From assembly GCA_011959805.1 (NCBI GenBank), contig BLMC01000001.1, forward strand, positions 52,968 to 116,967: 64,000 bases of DNA, given 5' to 3'. Both the position numbers and the translations under genes were made by a program. The stretch comes from Lachnospiraceae bacterium. GTDB taxonomy: Bacteria > Bacillota > Clostridia > Lachnospirales > Lachnospiraceae. The notes under the pieces were generated by a model that saw nothing but the letters and a program-made list of their open reading frames with translations, had not been told where the DNA came from and did not search any database. This document shows positions 28,048 through 37,659 of the stretch, one piece after another (positions within the stretch are counted from its first letter, which is position 1; the number at the start of each line of letters is the position of its first letter).

Positions 28048-28725
28048 ATGGCAATGTTGACAGGAGAATGGTTGGATGCGATGCAGGAGGAGTTCCAAAA
28101 GCCGTATTATAAGGAACTGTATCAGTTTGTAAAGGAGGAATATGATAATACATTAATATTTCCGCCTGCAGATGATATCTTTAATGCGATGCATTTTACT
28201 GCGCTAGAGAAGGTGAAGGTACTTTTGTTAGGGCAAGATCCTTATCATAATGTAAATCAAGCGCATGGATTGAGCTTTTCTGTGCTTCCAAGTCAGACAA
28301 AACTACCTCCCTCTTTGCAGAATATCTACAAGGAGTTACAGGAGGATTTAGGTTGTTATATACCGAATAATGGTTATTTGAAAAAATGGGCGGATCAAGG
28401 GGTATTGCTTCTAAATACTGTTTTGACAGTACGTGCTCATCAACCCAACTCTCATCAGGGTAAGGGATGGGAGAAATTTACAGATGCGATTATTCAGGCA
28501 GTCAATGCGCAAGATAGACCAGTTGTATATCTGCTTTGGGGAAAACCAGCGCAGCGCAAGATACCTATGCTAACAAATCCAAAACATTTGATTTTGAAAG
28601 CGGCGCATCCAAGTCCATTGTCTGCGCATAACGGATTCTTTGGATGCAAACATTTTAGTCAGGCAAATGAATTTTTAAAAGCAAATGGCGTAGAACCGAT
28701 TGACTGGCAGATAGAGAACCAATAG
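28048..28725 (+). CDS. ung: Uracil-DNA glycosylase
   Basis: LGQDPYH, HGLSFSV, GVLLLNTVLTV, HPSPLS; AAGGAG RBS. Confidence 0.97.
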   Translation: MAMLTGEWLDAMQEEFQKPYYKELYQFVKEEYDNTLIFPPADDIFNAMHFTALEKVKVLLLGQDPYHNVNQAHGLSFSVLPSQTKLPPSLQNIYKELQEDLGCYIPNNGYLKKWADQGVLLLNTVLTVRAHQPNSHQGKGWEKFTDAIIQAVNAQDRPVVYLLWGKPAQRKIPMLTNPKHLILKAAHPSPLSAHNGFFGCKHFSQANEFLKANGVEPIDWQIENQ

Positions 28726-28877
28726 AGAGAAAATATTTAGAAATTTATAACATTATTTATGGTATTTGTTGAAAAAAAGTGTCGTAAAATAGAAACAATA
28801 TAGGTTATATCGCACAAAAAAGTGCAAAAATACAAGAATTATTGGCATTATATGTAAAATCATAATCATGTAGGCTA

Positions 28878-28906
28878 TTGACAAACTTTTTCAATGTAAG
28901 TATAAT
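28878..28906 (+). promoter_or_regulatory. Consensus sigma-A promoter of the opp locus
   Basis: TTGACA (28878-28883), 17 bp, TATAAT (28901-28906). Confidence 0.85.
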
Positions 28907-28978
28907 TAAATAGTCATTTGGCATAAACTTACTTTAGTATATTAAAGCGAGAACTTATGTCGGGAATAGTAAGTGAAA

Positions 28979-29091
28979 GCAACAGTTTAGTCTGGTCAGC
29001 ACATTGATTGTGCTGACCGTATACGAGAGCAGTGGCTACAGGCAGGGTTTCTATAGACCCTGTACATAAGTGAAGGCATCGGAACTGTTAC
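28979..29091. repeat. Family C-like structured element in the oppA leader
   Basis: GCAACAGTTT...GAACTGTTAC ends enclosing GGTCAGCACA/TGTGCTGACC and CAGGGTTT/AGACCCTG hairpins. Confidence 0.55.
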
Positions 29092-29227
29092 AGAGTTAAG
29101 TGCAGTGGACAATGGCGTTCAGAGGCACTTTTTTACTTTTTTGTGTCAATTGACACATTTAGCTTGGTTTTTACCTTGTTTTTAGGTTGAAACATATTTA
29201 TATTTTTTAAGGAGGTAAAAAAGTATT

Positions 29228-31495
29228 ATGAAAAACAGAAAAAAAGTTCTTGCTGTTTTATTGGCAGGAACGATGGTTGCCGGTTCTTTGGCAGGCTGTG
29301 GATCGAAAGGCGATTCAGATGTGCCAGCTACAGATACGCCTGTAGTAGAAAATAATAAAGACACAGAACAGGCAGGAACAGAGGCAGCAAATTCAGAGGA
29401 GACGACAGTAGGAGAAGAAACAGAAGAAACTTCTGTAAAAAGTGTGGCGGAACTTGCAGAGATGGATTACGACACGCGGTCTTCCTATCTTTATGAGCAG
29501 AATCTTGGCGAATTTTATGAACTCTATCAGGAAGCAAAGGCTGAGATTAATGATGTTTCTAAGCGGTATGCTATGATGGCGATTGCGGAGGCAAAACTTT
29601 TGGAGACAGGAGTGTTGAACCCACAGACGGCACAGGGCGGTTCTTATTCTATATCGAGAGTAGTTCCAAATACGGCTACTACAGTATTATGGGGAAATGA
29701 TGAATATAGATACCATAATTTGCTTGTAGCGACAGAGCCAATTAAAGCGGCAGACAGAGTTGAAATGAGGCAAAAGTGGGCGGAGTTGCGCGGTTCTGGA
29801 ACCTATATTGAATGGGCGAAGACATATCTTGCAGAAAAAGGATATGAATTGAAGGATTCTTATGCAGCACACTGGTTTGGCTCTGACCCAACTACATGGG
29901 ATATTCTTTCTACAAGTCAGACAGTTGACAGTTATGCGACAGTAAATACATATGATGGTCTGCTGGAATATGATTGTGAAAACGTTCAGCAGCCGGCTCT
30001 TGCGACAAGTTATGATGTGTCAGACGACGGATTGACTTACACTTTCCATATTCGCGAGGGCGTTGACTGGGTTGATTCACAGGGCAGAAAAGTTGCTGAC
30101 GTCAAGGCGGATGATTGGGTTGCAGGATTTCAGCATATGATTGATACAAACGGTGGATTAGGAGATCTGGTTGATGGCGTTGTTCTAAATGTCTCTGGAT
30201 ATATCTCAGGTGAGATTACAGATTTTTCACAGGTTGGTGTTAAGGCGATCGATGATTATACCTTAGAGTATACATTGGAGGAGCCATTGCCATACTTCCC
30301 AACAATGCTTGGATATAATGTTTTTGCTCCGCTTAGCAGAGATTACTATACATCGCAGGGCGGTAAGTTTGGTGAAGAATTTGATTCTTCCGCAGCAGAT
30401 TATTCCTACGGAAAAACACCAGACAATATCGCATACAATGGCCCGTTCCTTATCACAAACTTTACTTCTAAGAATGTGATTGTATTTAAACAGAATGAGT
30501 CATACTGGAACAAAGACAATATGACAATTAAGTCTATGGCATGGCCATATGAGGATCAGTCCGATGCCACAAAGATGTACAATGATGTCAAGAGCGCTAC
30601 ATTGGATGGTTCTGCTTTAAATACTTCAGAAGTGGAATCTGCTAAGGCTGATGGTCTGTTTGATGAATATGTATATATTTCTGATACTAATGGATCAACT
30701 TTCCCGATATACTATAATCTGTATCGTACTGCATATGCAAACAGCAATGATGAGACTAAGGTGGTGTCAGTTCTCACAGATGAAGAAAAGGATTTGGCAA
30801 ATGCAGCACTTGGAAATGCAAATTTCCGTCTTGCGCTTTCTTTCTCTATGGATAAGGCAGCTAGACAGGCACAGCGTGTCGGTGAGGATCTTAAATATGG
30901 AAGACTTAGAAACAGTTATGTACCTGGAAATTTTGTGACTCTTGAGAACGAAGTGACAATTGATATTAATGGAACAGAAACATCATTTCCTGCTGGTACA
31001 GTCTATGGTGAAATTGTTCAGGCACAGCTTGACGCAGATGGAATTCCCATCAAGGCGTTTGATAAGTCTGCAAATGATGGTGTAGGTAGTAGTGATGGAT
31101 ATGATGGATGGTATAGTCCAGAGAATGCAGTTACATTCTTAAATAAAGCAATTGAAGAGTTAGCAGCGCAAGGAGTTGTAATTGATGAGGAGCATCCTGT
31201 TCGTCTGGAACTTCCATACACATCTAGTATTGAATGGGCAACTAATCAGGCAAATGCTCTAAAACAGTCTGTTGAGGGCGTGCTCGGCGGTAAAGTGGAA
31301 CTTGTTCTTGCGAATGGAGCAGATAGTAACGAATGGTATTATACAGGATACTATACAGATTATGGATATGAGGCAAATTATAATATCACAGATGTATCTG
31401 GTTGGGGTCCTGACTACGGTGATCCTGTTACCTATCTTGATACATTTTTACCTGATTACTCAGGCTATGTAACAAAGAGTCTTGGTATTTTCTAA
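29228..31495 (+). CDS. oppA: Oligopeptide-binding lipoprotein (AmiA/AliA type), apparently circularly permuted
   Basis: Lipobox LAGC; PALATSYDVSDDGLTYTFHIREGVDWVD, GVKAIDDYTLEYTL, YNGPF, GWGPDYGDPVTYL. Confidence 0.88.
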   Translation: MKNRKKVLAVLLAGTMVAGSLAGCGSKGDSDVPATDTPVVENNKDTEQAGTEAANSEETTVGEETEETSVKSVAELAEMDYDTRSSYLYEQNLGEFYELYQEAKAEINDVSKRYAMMAIAEAKLLETGVLNPQTAQGGSYSISRVVPNTATTVLWGNDEYRYHNLLVATEPIKAADRVEMRQKWAELRGSGTYIEWAKTYLAEKGYELKDSYAAHWFGSDPTTWDILSTSQTVDSYATVNTYDGLLEYDCENVQQPALATSYDVSDDGLTYTFHIREGVDWVDSQGRKVADVKADDWVAGFQHMIDTNGGLGDLVDGVVLNVSGYISGEITDFSQVGVKAIDDYTLEYTLEEPLPYFPTMLGYNVFAPLSRDYYTSQGGKFGEEFDSSAADYSYGKTPDNIAYNGPFLITNFTSKNVIVFKQNESYWNKDNMTIKSMAWPYEDQSDATKMYNDVKSATLDGSALNTSEVESAKADGLFDEYVYISDTNGSTFPIYYNLYRTAYANSNDETKVVSVLTDEEKDLANAALGNANFRLALSFSMDKAARQAQRVGEDLKYGRLRNSYVPGNFVTLENEVTIDINGTETSFPAGTVYGEIVQAQLDADGIPIKAFDKSANDGVGSSDGYDGWYSPENAVTFLNKAIEELAAQGVVIDEEHPVRLELPYTSSIEWATNQANALKQSVEGVLGGKVELVLANGADSNEWYYTGYYTDYGYEANYNITDVSGWGPDYGDPVTYLDTFLPDYSGYVTKSLGIF

Positions 31496-31502
31496 TACAC
31501 TA

Positions 31503-31539
31503 TGCTGCGAGGAAACGGCTTCGGCCGTTTCTGGCAGCA
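31503..31539 (+). other. Intercistronic stem-loop after oppA
   Basis: TGCTGCGAGGAAACGGC-TTCG-GCCGTTTCTGGCAGCA with no U-tail; the usual position for a hairpin stabilising the binding-protein mRNA. Confidence 0.6.
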
Positions 31540-31604
31540 GATAAAAAGTGGATAGTTTGCGCTTGCGCCCAAACTCGCAGATGAAGCAAGAATGGGAGAT
31601 TGAT

Positions 31605-33176
31605 ATGGCTAAATATTTATTGAAACGTTTATTTCACGGATTGTTATCTGTGATTGCGGTTGTGATATTGATCATGATTATGATCTATTCTCTGCTGGAT
31701 CGCAATCTGATTTTTGCATTGGATTCGACATATACGAAGCAGCAGAACAACCAGAAAGTAATTTATAAATATCAGAAATGGGAAGATTATGGTTACTTGG
31801 ACTATGTAACTTATTCCGATTATTTGAATATGCTGATTTCAAGCGGAGAGATTGATGAGGAGACTAGATCCGCAGTGGTTAGTTTTGGAAGGACTCCGGA
31901 GAAAGATTCAGATCTTGTTAAAGAATATGTAGAAAAATTTACGAAATATTATAAATCACAAGGCTATACAGTAGAGAGGCTGAATGCTGTTTTAATGGGA
32001 AAAAAGAAAATTGCCAGCGGTGGACAGCAGCAGCTTTTTGCTTATAAGAACATTCCGTTGGCTTCTCGTGTTTGGAAATATTTCAGTGGAATATTGAGTA
32101 TTGACAATATTAATAAAATTGAAAATGATGTGGGAGATCGTGGGATTTCCTTTACTTTATATGACCCAGTCTATGGCGGGGAGAAATTTTCACCAGCAAT
32201 TATTGGAAATGGAACACTACATAAGTATCTATTGTATTTTGATTCCGATTTTCCATTTATTCATCAGAATATATTGAATATCCAGCTAGGAACTTCATAT
32301 TCTGTCAATATGGGAGTAGACGTATTCACAACGATGACAAAGACGCAAGGATCGTTCATTACTTCTACAATTACTTATCCAACTGGTCTGGTGGAAGAGA
32401 GTGCAGATGACTTGCATTCTGCTACATATCTAGCAGATTCCTTGCATTCAAGTTTGGTATATGAGACACGATATGTAGATGATTATACTGGAGTTGGCAC
32501 TGTCAAAGGTGGTTTGTCTAAGATGGGATACTCTTTCTTGATCGGTATTATCGCAACTGTTTTGGCATATGTGCTCGGTGTGCCTCTTGGAATCGCGATG
32601 GCGAGAAAGAAGGACAAGCTGATTGATAAAATTGGTACTTTGTATATTGTATTTATTATAGCGGTTCCTTCCTTGGCATATATTTTCTTATTTAAGGCAA
32701 TGGGTGGAAAGTTGGGATTTCCAACTACTTTTGATATGGATACAGCGAACAAACTTGTATATGTACTGCCAATTATTTCCCTTGCATTGCCGCAGGTTGC
32801 TAATTTAATGAAATGGTTGCGCCGCTATATGATTGATCAAATGAATTCCGATTATGTAAAATTTGCAAGAGCAGGCGGACTTTCCGAAAATGAGATTTTT
32901 ACAAAACATATTTTGAAAAATGCGTCAATCCCAGTTATTCACGGAATTCCTGGAAGTGTATTGGGGTGCCTGACAGGTGCGATCATTACAGAGCGCGTAT
33001 ATGTTGTGCCTGGTGCTGGTAATCTTTTGACGGAGGCAATCAATAAGTACGATAATGGCGTTATTGTCGGTGTTTCCTTATTTTATGCAGTATTGAGCGT
33101 TGTGGCGATTATTTTAGGTGATGTGTTGATGTCAATGGTAGATCCTAGAATTTCCTTCTCAAGTAAGGATAGATAG
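31605..33176 (+). CDS. oppB: Oligopeptide ABC permease (AmiC/OppB type)
   Basis: YLLKRL start, large extracellular loop, SDYVKFARAGGLS..KHILKNA, VDPRI. Confidence 0.9.
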   Translation: MAKYLLKRLFHGLLSVIAVVILIMIMIYSLLDRNLIFALDSTYTKQQNNQKVIYKYQKWEDYGYLDYVTYSDYLNMLISSGEIDEETRSAVVSFGRTPEKDSDLVKEYVEKFTKYYKSQGYTVERLNAVLMGKKKIASGGQQQLFAYKNIPLASRVWKYFSGILSIDNINKIENDVGDRGISFTLYDPVYGGEKFSPAIIGNGTLHKYLLYFDSDFPFIHQNILNIQLGTSYSVNMGVDVFTTMTKTQGSFITSTITYPTGLVEESADDLHSATYLADSLHSSLVYETRYVDDYTGVGTVKGGLSKMGYSFLIGIIATVLAYVLGVPLGIAMARKKDKLIDKIGTLYIVFIIAVPSLAYIFLFKAMGGKLGFPTTFDMDTANKLVYVLPIISLALPQVANLMKWLRRYMIDQMNSDYVKFARAGGLSENEIFTKHILKNASIPVIHGIPGSVLGCLTGAIITERVYVVPGAGNLLTEAINKYDNGVIVGVSLFYAVLSVVAIILGDVLMSMVDPRISFSSKDR

Positions 33177-33286
33177 TGTTATTGTATTCTCATCAAAGTA
33201 GAGAAATACATGTGCTAAAATAGTTGTATATTCGCGCTTTATGTGCATAAATGTTGCGGTTCCTAGCAAAACATGTACCAGTACGA

Positions 33287-33422
33287 AAGTCAATAACCCG
33301 CAGCAAGCTAACAGGGTATCAAACTTGTGACACAGTAAGTTGTGGGAAATTAGATTCTTGTGGCATTTGCCAAATATTTGTCTGCTTTGCGGTCGCTTGG
33401 CTCATTGCTTGCAGGGATAAAA
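33287..33422 (+). repeat. Family B repeat, copy 2 (between oppB and oppC)
   Basis: AAGTCAATAACCCGCAGCAAGCT...ATTAGATT...ATTTGCCAAAT...ATTGCTTGCAGGGATAAAA. Confidence 0.75.
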
Positions 33423-33466
33423 TAAGAGGACAAGGAACTAGATAACAGGGAAAGGTAAAGGATAGA

Positions 33467-34486
33467 ATGAATGTAGATTTTAAAATAGGCAAGTATGTCA
33501 AAGTGGAGGTTGCGGATTTAGAGGAAGCGGACCCAACAGAAGGAATGTCAGATGAGGAACTGTTTGCTGTGGTTGATCACAGTGATTTGGAGTCGGAAAA
33601 GATTACAGCACCGCGATATTCATATTGGCACTCTGTATTTCGAGTGTTTTTTAGAAAGAAGATTAATATTGTAATGCTAGGACTGCTTGCAGTCATTGTA
33701 TTAATGTCCTATCTATATCCAGTATTTGTGGAGTATGACCGATATGGAAACTTGTTGAATGCTTCTGCAAAGCATTTGACACCGACTGCAGCTTTCAAGC
33801 AATTTGGATATAGTATTCATTGGGTTTTGGGAGCAGGTGCGGCAGGTCAGTCTACCTTTGATGCAATCTGGTATGGTTCTCAGATTTCTATTTCACTGGC
33901 ATTGATTGTTGCGCTGATCAATATGACGATTGGTGTTCTGGTGGGTGCAATCTGGGGATTTTCTAAGAAGGTGGACAATGTTATGATGATTGTCTATAAC
34001 ATTATTGCAAATTTGCCATATATTCTAGTGATTTCTGTGATGGTTATGATATTCACAGCGGGTTTTTGGACGATGGTGTTTGCGATGACTGTGACTGGAT
34101 GGTTGAGTATTGCTTACTTTATTCGTACACAGGTTATTATTATTCGTGACAGGGAGTACAATCTGGCATCAAGGTGTTTAGGAACTTCCACAATCCGTAT
34201 TGCAATGAAAAATATATTGCCGTTTATGACTTCTGTTGTTGTGACACTTGCGGCGACAGAGATACCTTCTTATATTTCTTATGAAGTGTTTCTGGCCTAT
34301 ATCGGAATGGGACTTAAGGAAATGTCACTTGGTAGATTGATCTATGAAGCAGAGAGTGCAATGTTGACACCTGGATGGGGCTTTGAATTTTGGAGTCCAG
34401 TTGCAGTGGCTTCTATTATCACAATTGTATTGTATGTGGTCGGACAAAATCTTGGAGATGCATCTGATCCTAGAACACATATGTAG
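33467..34486 (+). CDS. oppC: Oligopeptide ABC permease (AmiD/OppC type)
   Basis: YSYWHSVFRVF, DREYNLASRCLG, GQNLGDASDPRTH. Confidence 0.9.
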   Translation: MNVDFKIGKYVKVEVADLEEADPTEGMSDEELFAVVDHSDLESEKITAPRYSYWHSVFRVFFRKKINIVMLGLLAVIVLMSYLYPVFVEYDRYGNLLNASAKHLTPTAAFKQFGYSIHWVLGAGAAGQSTFDAIWYGSQISISLALIVALINMTIGVLVGAIWGFSKKVDNVMMIVYNIIANLPYILVISVMVMIFTAGFWTMVFAMTVTGWLSIAYFIRTQVIIIRDREYNLASRCLGTSTIRIAMKNILPFMTSVVVTLAATEIPSYISYEVFLAYIGMGLKEMSLGRLIYEAESAMLTPGWGFEFWSPVAVASIITIVLYVVGQNLGDASDPRTHM

Positions 34487-34560
34487 AAAGTTACGATTAT
34501 GGCAATACCCATATGCGGAACAGATGTTCCCTATGGAACATGTAGTAAGAGGAAGGCAGA

Positions 34561-36309
34561 ATGGAAGATAAAAAGGTATTATTATCAATCAAAGATTTGG
34601 AAGTGAAATTTCGTGTCCGCGGAAAACGGTTGACTGCAATCCGCGGTGTTTCACTTGATATTTATGAGAATGAGTCGATAGCGATTGTTGGTGAATCTGG
34701 GTCTGGTAAGTCTGTTTTTACAAAAACATTTGCCGGAATGTTGGACAGCAATGGTTATATAGATAATGGGAGTATTATTTTTAATGATGATGATCTGTCG
34801 GATACGATTGTACGAAAGACTTCCGTCGCAAACAAAATGATCGATTTTACGCTTGCGAAGTTAAATGAATATTCAAAGTATGAGTTAGGGGCAGGTATCT
34901 ATCAAGAAATAGAAGCCCTAAAAGTTGAACGAGCTAAAAAGGAAAGTATTAGTAAAGAACAAGAAGAGCTGAGTGATAAGACAATTGCTGAACTTGGAGT
35001 GAGAAAGACAGAAGCATTTAATCTGAAACAGACATTGGACCCAAAGATAGAAAAGGCAAAAATCAAAGAACTTTCTAATTCGATAAAACAGATGGAGAAA
35101 GAGATTAAGAAACAGCTAAAAGATAGGATTGCGATGGAAGCGGCAGCAGCAAAACAATTAAAGAGTGATACTGCCTATATCAATCAATACAATTCAAACA
35201 TGGCTGCACTAAAAGCGAAGTACGATACAGCAATTAAGGGAAGTATCAGTAAAGAAACAAAAGAACGCAATGAAATTCTTGCAAAGGAAATTTATCTATC
35301 AATAGGAAGATACAATTTTCACAAGCGTGTACAGTTGTTGCTCAAGTTTCTGACCGCATTAAAATTTGCAATGAAAACAGGAATAGATTTGTCAGATGAT
35401 GTGCAGAGGAACACTGTTTTTGACAAGGTAGCTTTTCGTGTAAAGTATCTTGATGAGACATCCGATAAATTGCATGGTATTTGTGTACTGAATCTAGCAA
35501 ATGTGAAATATGCGAAAGATTGGTATCAGATTCGCGGCAAGAAAATTGCGACGGTATTTCAAGATCCAATGACTTCACTAAATCCAATTATAACAATCGG
35601 AAAACAGATAACTTCGATTATTATGAAACATCAGGATGTGACAGAAGTCGAGGCGCGAGCAAAAGCATTGGATCTTATGAAAAAAGTAGGAATACCAAAT
35701 GCCGAGGCACGTTTTGATGACTATCCTTTTCAGTATTCTGGCGGTATGAGACAAAGAATTGTTATTGCAATTGCGCTTTCTTGTCAGCCTAAGATATTGA
35801 TTTGTGACGAGCCGACAACAGCGCTTGACGTGACAATTCAGGCGCAGATTTTAAAGCTTTTGAAAGATTTGCAGAAAGAATTTAATTATACAATTGTGTT
35901 TATTACGCATGATCTTGGCGTGGTAGCCAATATAGCGGACCGTGTCGCTGTTGTATATGCGGGGCAGATTATAGAATTGGCATCTGTCGACGAGATTTTC
36001 TATGATCCAAGGCATCCATATACATGGGCATTATTGTCTTCTATGCCACAGCTTGCGGAGAAGAATACAAAGTTGTATTCCATTACAGGTACACCTCCTT
36101 CTCTCTACAATAAAGTTGTGGGAGATGCATTTGCACCGCGTAACCCGTATTGTATGAAAATTGATACGTTGAAGGAGCCGCCAATGTTTCAGGTTAGTGA
36201 CACACACTTTGCAAAAACATGGCTGCTGGACCCTCGTTCGCCACGGGTTGAGAAACCAGAAGCAATTCAGAATATTCATGAGAAACTGTTAAAAGCTTTT
36301 AATATATAG
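34561..36309 (+). CDS. oppD: Oligopeptide ABC ATPase with large internal insertion
   Basis: GESGSGKS, FQDPMTSLNP, YSGGMRQR, ICDEPTTALDVT, HPYTWALL. Confidence 0.9.
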   Translation: MEDKKVLLSIKDLEVKFRVRGKRLTAIRGVSLDIYENESIAIVGESGSGKSVFTKTFAGMLDSNGYIDNGSIIFNDDDLSDTIVRKTSVANKMIDFTLAKLNEYSKYELGAGIYQEIEALKVERAKKESISKEQEELSDKTIAELGVRKTEAFNLKQTLDPKIEKAKIKELSNSIKQMEKEIKKQLKDRIAMEAAAAKQLKSDTAYINQYNSNMAALKAKYDTAIKGSISKETKERNEILAKEIYLSIGRYNFHKRVQLLLKFLTALKFAMKTGIDLSDDVQRNTVFDKVAFRVKYLDETSDKLHGICVLNLANVKYAKDWYQIRGKKIATVFQDPMTSLNPIITIGKQITSIIMKHQDVTEVEARAKALDLMKKVGIPNAEARFDDYPFQYSGGMRQRIVIAIALSCQPKILICDEPTTALDVTIQAQILKLLKDLQKEFNYTIVFITHDLGVVANIADRVAVVYAGQIIELASVDEIFYDPRHPYTWALLSSMPQLAEKNTKLYSITGTPPSLYNKVVGDAFAPRNPYCMKIDTLKEPPMFQVSDTHFAKTWLLDPRSPRVEKPEAIQNIHEKLLKAFNI

Positions 36310-36335
36310 CGACTTTTAGATAGGAGATTTAGGAC

Positions 36336-37658
36336 GTGTCAAATCTGAATCAGAATAAATCAGGACGTGTATTTCATTTGCCGGAGCATGGTCCAATTGA
36401 TGAAAAGAATGGCAAAGAGATATTATTATCAGTAAAGAACGTGGATATTACTTTTGGCAAAGGCGAAAATGCAGTCAAAGCGGTAAAGAATGCGAATTTT
36501 GATATTTATAAAGGAGAGACTTTCTCATTGGTAGGAGAGTCTGGATCTGGAAAAACAACAGTTGGAAGAGCTGTGATTCGTGTTAATCCATGTGCCGGAG
36601 GAGAAATTTTATATAAAGGTGTGCGTATTTCTGGAAAAATTCCACGCTCTTTGGACAGAGAGGTAATCCGCAATATCCAGATGGTATTTCAGGACCCCGC
36701 CGCGTCTCTTAATGAACGTGCTACAGTGGATTATATTGTATCGGAGGGATTATATAATTTTCATTTATATAAAAATGAAGCAGATCGTGTCCACAAAGTT
36801 GAGAATATGATCAATGAAGTTGGTTTGTTACCAGAACATTTAACGAGATATCCGCATGAATTTTCGGGTGGGCAGCGCCAGCGAATTGGACTTGCCCGCG
36901 CTATGGTAATGGAACCAGAACTTGTTGTGGCAGATGAACCAATTTCAGCTTTGGATGTGTCTATTCGGGCGCAGGTATTGAATCTGCTCAAAAAGTTTCA
37001 GATAGAAAAAAATGTTACTTATTTGTTTATTGCACATGACCTTTCGATTGTGCGGTTTATTTCTGACCGTATTGGGGTAATCTATAAGGGAAACATTGTG
37101 GAAATAGCAGAGGCGGATGAATTGTTTGAATTTCCACTGCATCCGTATACACATTCTTTAATTTCAGCGATTCCAATTCCAGATCCAAAATTAGAGAAAA
37201 ATAAAGTGCTTTATACGTATGATCCGTCGATGCATGATTACAGTACAGATCAGCCAGAACTTGTCAATATTGGACATGATCATTTTGTCTATGGCAATAA
37301 AAAAGAAGTTGAGGAATATAAGGCAATTCGTGCAAAGGGTGTACCCTTGAAATCTATCAACATTGTAGATCCAAATGCACCGCAAAAACAGCAAGATATA
37401 CAAGAAATAAAGACAGATGAAGTATCTGCGCAAGAAGATGAATTTTTGAAAACTCCTGTGCATGATACAGGTAGCGTATGGTATAAGATTATTTCATTTT
37501 TGCTTCCGGTGTTAGGATTGATTGCTGCTTTTGTATTTAAGCATTTTCATTATTATCGCAATTATACTGCATGTAAAAAGGGTGCGATAGCTGGTCTGAT
37601 AGTCATAGTGGCGATTATTGTACTGTTTATTTTGTTATTGATTTTAGCGGTGGTATAA
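36336..37658 (+). CDS. oppF: Oligopeptide ABC ATPase with C-terminal membrane segment
   Basis: [39 protein letters not shown]; two hydrophobic helices at the C-terminus. Confidence 0.9.
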   Translation: MSNLNQNKSGRVFHLPEHGPIDEKNGKEILLSVKNVDITFGKGENAVKAVKNANFDIYKGETFSLVGESGSGKTTVGRAVIRVNPCAGGEILYKGVRISGKIPRSLDREVIRNIQMVFQDPAASLNERATVDYIVSEGLYNFHLYKNEADRVHKVENMINEVGLLPEHLTRYPHEFSGGQRQRIGLARAMVMEPELVVADEPISALDVSIRAQVLNLLKKFQIEKNVTYLFIAHDLSIVRFISDRIGVIYKGNIVEIAEADELFEFPLHPYTHSLISAIPIPDPKLEKNKVLYTYDPSMHDYSTDQPELVNIGHDHFVYGNKKEVEEYKAIRAKGVPLKSINIVDPNAPQKQQDIQEIKTDEVSAQEDEFLKTPVHDTGSVWYKIISFLLPVLGLIAAFVFKHFHYYRNYTACKKGAIAGLIVIVAIIVLFILLLILAVV

Positions 37659-37659
37659 T

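Noticed and set aside
33287-33422. IscB omega-RNA/HEARO start (GTCAAYAACCC)
   Set aside because: Only the first ~11 nt resemble it; no IscB/TnpB ORF follows and the element is too short.
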